Source: Adineta vaga
Lineage: Eukaryota; Animalia; Rotifera
NCBI GenBank assembly: GCA_021613535.1
Contig: CP075497.1
Coordinates: forward strand, 2,046,001-2,110,000
Direction: 5' to 3'
Length of the DNA stretch: 64,000 bases
A program made the position numbers and the translations under genes. Every line of letters begins with the position of its first letter. The first letter of the stretch is position 1. Below the pieces are notes generated by a model. That model saw only the letters and a list, made by a program, of their open reading frames with translations. It was not told the DNA's origin and made no database searches. Positions 38,104 to 49,927 of the stretch are shown in pieces.

Positions 38104-41100
38104 TCACTCAAAATAAGCATCATGAACACGAGTTATTTCACGTAAAATCGATGTTTGCATGAGAAAACCTCGAGAATTATATGTCACATCTTTCCATACT
38201 GCCATACCCTACGAACAAAAAAAAATGATCTTATTTTTTTAATTGAATTCATTATCAATTGACAAACATACATCAGTACGTAAATTTGGAAAGGATAATG
38301 TTGAACCATAATGAAAATTCCAGACTTCTGCTTCTACCCAAGCATTATCCGTATTTCGTACATCATCAATATATCCTAAATGATAAAAACAAACTTTTTT
38401 TCTTCTTCTTTAGACAAAAATCTATGATTTACCTCGATATATCATATGATATTCAAATCCTGTTGATCCACTTGGATTACCAGGTGTACGAGAAAATGAT
38501 TCAAAATGCTAAATAAATTGACAAATACGTATTTATCGAATTTCTTTCCAATAAATTCATTTACTTCAATCATATCACGTTCTTGTAATACTAAACTATG
38601 TTCGGAATCTTCATCTTGAAATGCAAGTTTATTAAAACTACGACACACAGCACCATAAGATGATTCAACACCTAAGATTTTTCCCTAAAGAAAACCAAAA
38701 AGAATTCAAAACTCGAGTAAAATAAAAGGTAATTCCTACTCCTGGTAGTTTCCAATCGTTCGTATATTTATCTTTGAAAACTAATGCTTCTAAAATTCTC
38801 TGTCCATCAACGATAGCAAATTGTCCACGATGTTTTTTCCATCGTGTTATAATAGCCATTATCGTTTTGTTGGGTCCCCAACGTATTAATGCACCACGAC
38901 CACGTACACCTGTTCGACCCATTGGATTTAATGGAATTAATAATTGTGTATCTAATCGATAGACCAATGGACTCTTATCTCCAGGATTTGTTACCCATGT
39001 TGTTCGATCTAATATCATCTAAATATACGAAAAATTTAACGATTTTAATGAATAAAATGATTCTTTTTAAAACGAACCTTTTTATCATCTGGTAATTGTA
39101 TTTCAACAATTTGATTCCATTTAGAATCCGTTGGTGGAACTCTAAAATCACTTGGCATTGTTGTGTTAGCTGGTTCAATAGCTCCGAAAGTTCCAGTTTG
39201 AGTAACTGGTGTTGATGGTGTTATAAGAGTATCAACTGCTGACTGAGAATCATCATCGTTTTCAGTTGAATTCGATTTCAATATTCTGAAATAAACGAGT
39301 TAATTGAATTGTTTTCTTTTTTGAAAAAGTGAAACATACAAATTTGGTTCAACAAAAGGTCGTTCATCATCTCGAAAGCAATTATGTTCTTTTGGTAATA
39401 CAATAATTGTTGGATCATAAAGATCAAATGGAATCTAAAAGAGAATGTTTTCCGTTCCAACATGTTTTTGTTTCTGAGAAAACGAATTTAACTAACCTTC
39501 CAAGGAATATATCTTTCTGTAACTGGAAATCTTGCTTCATTTGTATTAATATATGGTGATTCTCGTGATAAAATATGAATAAATTTATGACTTTCAGGTA
39601 AAGCTTTATCTTCTTGTTGAATTGTTGCACGAATTTTTTCTAATAATATATGAGAATCAATCATTAATTTTTCTAATGAAACAACACGATCATTAATTCG
39701 TCGTAAGGATTTCCGTTGTACTTCCATATCTTTTTGAACGTTAGTCACACTAGGAGAAAAACAATTGAATCGATGATAACGAAAGAAATTCTTTATACTT
39801 ATTCGTTAAATTATCAAGTTTTTCTTGAACTTTATCGGCTTCTTGAGTTTTAGCATAGAATTCTTTCGCTTTATATTTCCAATAGACATTTGCTTCACTA
39901 TCTTCCCAATTTCGTTTGGCTAATTCCTAAAAAAACAACAATTTCATTTTCACAGAACAATTCTCACTGAAATTTACAAGTTTTTGTCTTTGATTTTCGG
40001 TAACTTGACGACATGGTTTACAATTGAGTAGTCGTCCTAACAATGATCGATCTTCAGCAATCTCAACTGTTGTATCATTTAATCTACTTCTATTATCTGC
40101 TGTCGTAACTAATGGATCATTGGACTCGAGATTATTAGTTGCTATTACATCATTACGATAAACACTAAATCCCGATGCAGTTGATAAAGCTCGAGGTCGA
40201 GCAGCTGAATTATTCTTTTTATCGGAATATTCTTTTAATTTTAAAACACATTGTCGACTTCCACTGGAGATTACCATGCCTAATTAAGAGAAAAAACAAC
40301 AACAAATCATTAATAGTTTTTTTGATAAGAATCAGTCAATTTTCGATAACTTGTCGATTATGAAATGATAACAAACACCTACCAATATAAGAAATAACCA
40401 CAAATGGGGGTGGTAAACGTGGTCGTTTGGCATATTCCATCACAATTTCATATCGATTGTACATCCAAATTTGTTCCGATTGACTTTGTACTCGTGCTCC
40501 GGTTAAACTAAAAAAGAGAAAAGAAAAATTATTTCTTGGAACCATTTTGTCAATCGTTTGCGTAGCAACTTTACCCAAACATAGCTGTTAAAAGTGATGT
40601 AAGAAATCGTTTGGCTAAGAAGAAGTATTGAATAAGTAGAAACCAGGCAATCCATGATGTTTGATTACATTTGGGTGAAACTATTCCATAACGATTATAT
40701 GCATGAATATTATCATCTAAATAAGGAAAAACCTTTTTCAATCGAACTTTATAATGAATTCTTTTACATTGAAATGATAAACCATGTGATAAACGTAAAC
40801 AAGAATATTCCTTTTCTGCGTCAGTTGTTGCATTTATGGTACATGCTTGATGTTGATTTTTTAAATCAGCCATTTCACTACTAAATAATGCCATTAAACC
40901 ACGAAATACAAATGCTTTAGTAAATAATTCTAAACCCAATGGATAATGTGGATAGAGAACAGCGGTTATAGCAACACCGGATGAAATCATAAAGATAACG
41001 AATAATTGTAAAAATGTAAAAAAATCATCCATAATCTAAAAATCAATTTATTAATAAAGAAACAAAAAAATTAAGATGATATTACCATACACCGAAGTCG

Positions 41101-44100
41101 AATCATCATAGGACCAAGTTTTGGACTGATTGGTAAGAAAATAAATAAAATGCGATAATAATAATAGATCAATCCAATACCCAATATTGCTTTTGCTGTT
41201 AAAACTTGGCAAGCTAATAAACACGAACATATGATTATTTTACACAAATCGTCTCTCTCTCTCTCTCACTTCCGAAATTCCATAAACCGATGATTCTCAC
41301 GATCAGATAAAGTGAGAGAAATATCGTCTGAACAATAACTTCTAAAACTGCTCGTTGTAAAGGTAAACTACTTTGAGACTAAATCAAATCAATATTCAAT
41401 GAATATCAATAGTAAAAACGCAAGATTAATACATACACAATATTTTTCATATGCAACACGTGTATTTTCAAATGCAATCGAAGCTGTCCAAAACCAAACA
41501 ACACAATCAAGTAATAAATTACCACATGTTGGCCACATAACTGCCAATGTAAAGAAGGCAAGAAAAACGATATAAGCAACGAAATTTGTATAAAATTTTG
41601 TAATTGGTGCAGTCCATAGAACTTTGATTTCTTCGAAATGACTCATTGGTTCTTCGTCAGATGCTGAAGCTGGTGGTGGTATACTACTTTTCTGACGTTG
41701 AAACTTTTTTTGAATATTAGTTTTTGTTCGTTGAAAAAAACTATTCTAAAGATAATTTTCTAATTGAAATCGAAAACCATCAATGATTTAATACATACTC
41801 CTTCTCGAATACTAACATCGCCAACATGTTCAGTTAATCGTTTGGCTTCTAAAATGATTTGTTGATAATATTATGAATGATTTTTTATGAGTCAAAGAAC
41901 TAACCATCAGTATCAGGCTCAGGTTCTTTATCTGTCTTTTTATCATTTTGTAAATCACTGATCTTTTTAGGAGCTGGTGGTGCTTGACCAATCGGAGAGA
42001 AATTAATCCAAAACCACATTGGAAAGATTAGAATAGCACTGCAAATGATCTATTGGGATGTTTTTTTTTCAAAAAATAAAACGAATCTTTTCTCAATCAT
42101 TATTCTTTACTTTTAAATAATCTGGGCATTTAAATAAACCCCAAGAAAGTTCTCGTGGCGTAATTTCACCATAAAATTGTCTTGTAACCCATTTTTGACA
42201 AGCAGCATGTGCCATAAATTCTTTATTTTCGGCATTATATGCTAATTCAACCGTTGCCATATGATTCCAATCCTATAAAACACGGCAAATGGTATTTCAA
42301 TTCAAATCAATCATTGATCTTACTGGATGTTTTTCATCTAACATTTCAAATGTTCGCATTGTGTCTTCATTAAATGCTTTATCAAGAACACCAACAGCAC
42401 AATCCGAAAATTCTCTAGAGAAAAAAAGAAAGATTTCTTAAAAAAAACTCAATTCGAATGTTCATATTTACTTTGCTTGTTTCATGATTAATAATCTCTG
42501 ATATGATTCATGACAATAGGGAGCTAATTTTTTGAACATCATACAACAAATTAAAGCTAATGGAATCGGTTCCGACGAACGTTTCCAAAGAATTTTCGCT
42601 AATTGATGTCGATTCATCAGTACAGCATAGATAATCAAATGTCGAAGTGCCTAAATAGTCAAACATGATTGAAAGAAAAAAAAAGAAAGTAAAATCCGAC
42701 TTTTTTTTCTGCACGTATTCTTTGTCGTTGAACACCTTTATCTGATTTATCACCAAAATAGATTCCCATTGCATTACAATCCATTTCATGTTTACTAAAG
42801 AAATGACTAATGCCCGTTAATCGTTTTACAATAATATTTAGACCATGTTCAACAAAATTCGGTGGCATCTCTTCTTCATCCTAAGAACGAAATGAATCTT
42901 GAGTAAAACAAAACAAAACTAGGTTTGTCATATTTACTCCAGTTAAACCAAGAATGCCTTCGAGTGATGTTGTTGTGAGAAATTCTCTATCTTTGGCTTG
43001 ATTAAATAAAGCAACAAGTTTATCAGATTTTAAATAACGATGTAAAACAAATTCTCGATCAAGAAATAAATCAACGAATGATTCGAGTTTTTTTCCAAGA
43101 ACAGCTTTATCAAAGAGATCGTTTTGTATTGTATATTTCATATCATCATCACGTTGAAAGATTTCTGAGAGTGCTAAATCTGGTAGATTCCAATCTAATG
43201 TTAATTGAAGATTTCGTTTTAATTGAACATTAACTTTGCTTCCTGTCACGGCTTTTTGAGCTAAAGAAAAGAACTATGAATTGAACAATGAAAAGTTATT
43301 TTTCCTACATTGTAAAAGAGCGGAGAGAATAAATTTATGGAAATCATTTAAAGATGCTGTTGTACTATTCACATCGAGAAATGTCAGAAATTTTCGTTTG
43401 CCTTGATCTGCATTTTTAACAATTGCTATAATATGATCACGAATTTCATTTCGTTTAACATTATTATCTTTTAATATTGGATATTCTTCAAGTAAACGTC
43501 GTGTTAATTCAACTTTTAAATAACTATCTTCATATTCTTTATCATTTCTAAAAACAAAATTCAATCAAATGAAATCTTATCTCTTTTTATTTACTTGGCA
43601 TTAATTTCTTCATAAGCAAATGCAATTATATCAGCAGCTGAGCCCGTTCCTTTTAAGATAACTGCAGGAACTTCTTGTTGAATTTTTCGATATAACAGTT
43701 CAATTGTTCCTGGTGTACCACGAACTAATGTACAAACCATTGGAAAACCATCTTCACTCCAAGGAGCTGCTTCTCTTGCTGTTGTAAGTACAGAATCTAG
43801 ACAAAAGAAAAAAGGAAATTTCAAGGAAATCTTTGGTTTACTATACTGGTTGTCATCGGAGATGTGGGTTGTTGTAATGTTTCTTGATGTAAGAATTGTT
43901 CGAAATGATCACGAAATTTATTCGTCGTACTTTCAGCTGAATCAGTTAATTTTTCTAATTGTTTTTCTCCGGTATTATCAGTTGAAGATTCTTTTTCAGC
44001 AGACTTTTTCGAACTAGATCCGATTGGTTGTTCACGAATAATAATAAAATGTGTATGATCACTATTCAATGATAATTGTTCACGTTTACGTGTGGGAACT

Positions 44101-45191
44101 TTGACTTCCTATATTTTCAAATGAAATCATTTGAAGAAAAGACGATATTTCATACCATTTTTGTTGCATCTTTTGGAGGTTTTGTATCAAATATTTCCTT
44201 TATTTCATCATCACATACGATACCAATTAAAACTAATTGTTTACGTTTTTTCGGTGTTCGTTCCATTTGGATTGCCCATGCATCGTCAGCTCGTCTCATT
44301 GACTAAGCAAAAGAAAAAGGAATAGTGATTTATCTTTTTAAAAAGAAACGACAGTTTTTTCATACAAGTTCATCTCGAAATGCCGATCCAATTAACTGTG
44401 GCATACCGGTATCAATACCATTGGTAATAAACCAAACTTCAGATGCATTTGCTGCCTAAATCAAATCGAATCAAATTTTCAAGTCTTTCAATCGTCTTGT
44501 TGTATATTTTAACATACATTTTTAATACCATTCTTTAATGTTTCAGTCATTTTAAGATTTTTAAATGCTTTATGATTTGTTACACCACTGAGAACAGGTA
44601 GAACTATATTAGGTGGTTTTAATTTCCATTGATCTGTCATAAAATGTCGTAAAATATGAACATCAATTGTATCATCAACGTAAAGAAATGGTCGAGCCTA
44701 AATCAAACGAATGATTTTCGAAAAGATATATTGAAAATGAATTTACTTCATTAACATAATCACTGAGTGAATCTTCAAATTTAAGTGTACCCCAACATGC
44801 ACCATATTCTTCTTGAATAAAACCATAAAATTCTTGTGTTTCTAATGTTACTACTGATTGATTCATAGGTTCATCTGATGATCGTTTCTTTTGATCATCT
44901 TGAACCGAAGGTGCTTGCGTCGTTGACGCAATCATCTAAAACAATACGAGAAAAAAAGAAGAAGAAACAAAACCGAACTTTTCTTATTGAAAAAGAAAAT
45001 TAAAGATCATTTATAATACTAAATCAAACCATCCTACCTAAATATTTTCAATTTGAATGAATAATATCACGCTACAATTTTCAGTGATTCTCAAACGAAA
45101 TGAATAACCCATTTAATTTTTACTTCTTTTTCTTTTTCTTCTTTCCTTTTACTTGTTTGGTTACAGTAGATTTGCGTCGGTGATTTCTCAT
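38104..45191 (-). CDS. TRPM/TRPS (CED-11-like) cation channel with N-terminal SLOG and C-terminal NUDT9-H domains, more than 20 exons
   Basis: VWFITNG, SDHTHFII, LTLDWN, APITKF, LGPMMI, TRP-box-like IWMYNRY, LPPPF, PLNPMGRTGVRGRG..WGPN, YIDDVRNTDNAWVE; first exon (45191) inferred, alternative start 44935. Confidence 0.85.
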
Positions 45192-46449
45192 CTACATACA
45201 CATATTTCACAGTGACAATCGTCCTCACTATTCTATGTCTTGTCCTTTCTCTCGATACTTATTATGCTTCAATCATCGAATACCTTTCTGTCTGCATATC
45301 TAATGAAAGTGTGTCTATGCAATATAAGAAGAAAAAAAAAGACGCATAACATATAGGAAAGAACAGAAATGTTATATATATATATATATATACACTAACA
45401 TTGACAAGCAATCGTTTTTAAAAAAAAATGGTGCAAATAGTAAATGAGACAAATCTATACTTCGAATTTTTCTTTCTGTATTCTCGTTATTTTGCCTATT
45501 ACCAATGAGTCTTATTCAAATTTTTTTCTCGCCTTTCGTTTTCTTCTGCTTGTCGAACGCTTATATAGGTTACTAGTTATTTGGTTTGTATCATTAATAT
45601 TCATCAACAAAAAAAAAGAAAAAAAGAAAGAAGAGAAAATAAGAATAACACATTGATTTTCCCATCGGGAATTATATAACTATAAATGCAATGGTAAAAT
45701 CATCAAAACTAGAACTAATACGTTTTTCTTTCTCTTTCCCTAGTTGTAATATATCAGTTCTCCGACATAGAAAACAATTCTCTTCTTTTCTGATGACAAA
45801 ATTCCATGACATTCGTATTGCGTTGTATTAACTGCTCAAAATGTCATTATCTTGTTGATGAAAATATAAATAACGAAAGAGACCATATACAAAAGAATAT
45901 TACAGATCAACTATGCCAAATGATTAATAACATGTGCTATGTGGGTGTGAAGATTGCTCTTAAGTAAATAAACAATCAAGATATCAAGATGAGGTTGTAT
46001 CAATCGAATATATCATTTGAACTAATAATATATTTACTACATGAATCGAGTGATATCAATAGAAAACTACATGACATAACAGAAAAACAATTGTTACGCA
46101 TATCAATCATGTTTATCAATATAAAATTCTTATTAACTATGGATATTAAACTTCTAACATATGTGTATAGTATGTTCCCTTTTTTTTCGAAGAGAAATGA
46201 TGAATATTAATCGTTAAAAGGTAAACAAGTGACTGTAGATGCACTTTGATTTGCTAACTCGTGTTTTTCTCTCTTTCATAAATCGAACGATCAATCAATC
46301 AAAGACACATCACAAAATGCGAACTGTCAAATAAATCGAAATATTCGTTAAGGTTTGTATAGAAATGAGACAATGAATAATCATACATATGATTTATTTC
46401 AATAACAAATATACATACATGTAGAAAGAAAAATAATATCTATTGAGAG

Positions 46450-47929
46450 CTATTTTGACTTTTTAATTAAATTAATTTGATTTTTTTCAATAAAATTTAT
46501 TACACTATCAAGATATGATTCACTATTTTTATTGGGTCGATTTCCCGGCCACGTCTGAAGTGTAAAATCTGAACCATAATATGAAAAATATTCATGCTCA
46601 GGAATGTCATCATCAAGTTTCTTATTCATACATAAACCAGTTATTGAGGTCCATAATCGTGCTGTATCAGCTATATTATAACCTCCACCACCTAAGATCA
46701 AAAGTGGTTTATTCAATTGAATAATTTGTTCAAGACATGTTAAAATCGATGGAATTGTTAAATTAAATGATTTCATTGGATCATCAAATAATGTATCAGC
46801 ACCACATTGAATAACAAATACTTCCGGTTGAAAGGATGAATTAATCTGTGGTAATAATCGAGAAAATATTGATACATATTGTTTATCATCAATTCCATGA
46901 TGTAATGGAACATTGATATTAAAACCACGTCCCCATGTTTCACCAATTTCTTCCAGACTACCGGAATTAATTGGAAAAAAGCCAAATTCATATTTATGTA
47001 GAGAAACAGTTAATACTTTTGAAGAGCAATAAAAAGCTTCTTGAAGACCTATAAAAGAAAAAACAACAACAATATGAAAATTATAAATATAAATCAAGTC
47101 AATAAAACGAAACCGTAGACAACTAATAAATATTAGATTAATAAAACACAATCAGAGAGTCATATTGACAAATAAAAAAAGAGAACATATTTAGAAATTC
47201 TATCTCTAATTGGATTTACATTGAAAGAGAAATTCGAAATAAAAGATGACCTTGAAAAACAACATTTCTATCAAAGAATAATGCATACCATCACCATGAT
47301 GTAAATCAAGATCAATATAACAAATTCGATTGAATCGTTTTCGAAGTTCATTGATTGCCATGACAATATCATTGATGTAACAAAATCCTGATGCTTCTGA
47401 TCGTTCTAAAATCTCTTTGTTTTCTTGGGTTTTTTTTCTAATCAAAATTTACATACTTGCATGATGCCATCCACCAAAAAAGTTTATTGCAATATTATTA
47501 TTCGTAGGTGTGAGATATTTTGCAGCTGTAATCGATGCTCCTCCAACTAATTGACCTAAAAAATGATTTTCGTTTGAAAAAAAAAGAAAAGTTCAATGAA
47601 ATTTTCTACGAACAAAAGGTAACTAAATCTTCAAATGGTGGACATTCATAACCAATTTTATAAAAATCCATTTGTTCATTATAGGTTTGATCATGATCAA
47701 GATCAATATTGGCAATTAGATTTAAAAATTCTAAATAATCTCGATCATGTGCTGATGCAAGTTCATTCTCTGTTGCCAATTCTGGTTGAATAAGATGAAA
47801 AGATTTATCTTTATCAAGTTCATAAGCTTGAATCAATCCATCAACAAGATATGAACGATGACGAATTTTGTCAATATTATCAAGAGCTTTATGTAAATCT
47901 TTTGATGTTATATAAAAAACGTCTCTCAT
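46450..47929 (-). CDS. HDAC8: histone deacetylase 8 (class I), 4 exons
   Basis: [69 protein letters not shown]. Confidence 0.9.
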
Positions 47930-47935
47930 TATATC

Positions 47936-49509
47936 TTAAAAGAATAACCAATAAATAATAAATGTTAAAATCAAACAAAAAATAAGTGTTAACAAAAAAC
48001 TTGAAGTTAAATTGCCATTTTGAGGAGGAGTGACTAATAAGTTTTTCACATGTTCATCTAATTTTTTAGCAAACGAAGTAAATGAAAAGTTGTTCTTCAC
48101 ACGTTCTTCACCATGTTTACCCATTTGTTTCGATAAATTCTCATTCTCAACAAATTCTTTCATTCGTTTAGCAAATGTTTCCACGAAAGGTTCTCTACAT
48201 AAATAACCGGTTTGACCATCTACAACTGTTTCCAATGGGCCACCGGTCGCGGTCGCTATAACTGGTCGACCAGCTTGCATTGCTTCAAGTGGAACAATAC
48301 CGAAATGTTCATTAAGTGGAGTATATAGAATACAATGAGCTTTCGAAAGATATTCACGTTTTTCTTTATCAGAAAATGATCGAACAAATGTTATGGATGA
48401 TGAAGAAAGATTTAAATCTTTTGCTAATTCTTGAAGTTCATTGTAATATTCGACATTTTCACTTAAACGTTCATCATAACCGCCGATGATATATAAATGA
48501 ATCGGTTTCGAGTTTGATGAAAGTAATGTTTGAAGATGCGAGAAGGCATGAATGGCAAGACCTAAATCTTTTTTTCGTTCAAAACGATTGATTGAAAGAA
48601 AATTTATTGATTTTTCACTGTCATTTGATAATAATGGAATTATTTGATCAGGTATCGTTGGATAAAGTATATGTACGGGAATGTCTGATCGAATATGTTC
48701 TCGAAATACGGATTCAGTATAACGACTATTTACTAATATACGATCAGCAAGACATGTTGTATAGATCTAAATAGAAAAAGAAACATTTATATGGCGAATT
48801 CATTTGAATTCGATATCTTATTAGTATTTCTAATGGACTCTATCTGACCCTTGAGCATTTCTGACAATTATTGATTAAATTAAAGAGAAAAGAACTTCAA
48901 GAGACAGAAAACTAAATGGATTATTTCTCATACACGCGATTCATCAGTCTAATCGAATTAGCAAAACTATTTCGAAGAGAAAGATAGAATTACATAGTGA
49001 TCAAAATAAGCGTGTGAAATAATCACTAAATATTCTTTCAAAATCAATAAGGACATGCTTACTTCAAATGTATCTATCGGCCAACGATAGAATTTCTTCG
49101 CTAATGATTCTCGTTTTGTTAATAAATGATCAGGATAATGACAATAGAATAAAACTGGTCGTTGACTTCGTTTTAAAACTGGTATACACGCACTTATTTG
49201 ATCACATAGAAACAGATCATATTGTTTGTCTTTTTTCATATAAACAACATAAAAAGCAAGAAGAATAAATCGTAGATAAGCACATAAAGCATTGAATCTT
49301 CCAAAGATATTTCTCGGAAACCATGAACATGCAACAAAAACATTCAATTGATCATTTCGAGTTTCATCAAAACATCTTCGTTTATCATGAAAATTTGTAT
49401 AAAGATCTACATCATATCCTGATGTTTTCAATGCTAATCCTATATCAACAATTAATCGTTCCGCTCCGCCAATACCTAAATCTGGATGAAGAATCGCAAT
49501 ACGTGGCAT
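47936..49509 (-). CDS. ALG2: alpha-1,3/1,6-mannosyltransferase ALG2, 425 aa; exons 49509-49063, 48766-47936
   Basis: HPDLGIGGAERL, FYCHYPD, SINRFERKK, GGYDERLSENVEY, EHFGIVPLEAM, GGPLETV; hydrophobic C-terminal tail. Confidence 0.93.
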
Positions 49510-49927
49510 ATCTAAAATGTGATTATTACGGATTGTTTTTTTATTCATTAATGAAATTGATTAGAAAAACCTTCTGTTTTTTTTTCAATTTGCTGAGAAA
49601 TACTTGAGATAAATGAAAAAGAGATATAGATAATAGTATAATACTGATTGATAAGGAGAAAAGAGAAGTATTTTTCGAAAGGTAGGAAAGTGATAGGCTG
49701 TTGTATGTGAAAAAAAACTGTACAAATAAATAAAATCACGTTGCGGCTAAACAAAACAACAGAAAATTGGTAGAAAAATACACCAAAAAGAGATATACAA
49801 TAGAAGGAAAGATGCAAAAAAAAACAAACAAACAAAAACATTTTATCTAAAGTATTTCATTAGGGAAAACAACAAAAAATAAGATCTGCCTAAATAAATG
49901 CATTGTAAGAATAGAATTGAAATAAGA

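Noticed and set aside
28634-39020. ART plus NUDT9-H channel as an ADP-ribose signalling cluster
   Set aside because: The ART is a pseudogene in an accessory block and is separated from the channel by unrelated genes; likely coincidence.
45374-45391. (TA)n and other microsatellites (CT near 41252, GGAAA near 16856)
   Set aside because: Ordinary simple repeats.
47930-47938. Programmed readthrough as the main ALG2-HDAC8 mechanism
   Set aside because: TAA-G is a tight stop context and the fusion would follow a hydrophobic tail; kept only as a minor alternative.
48915-48950. CTGATGA...GAAA hammerhead-like core or snoRNA C box
   Set aside because: Stem II does not pair canonically and there is no downstream CTGA D box.
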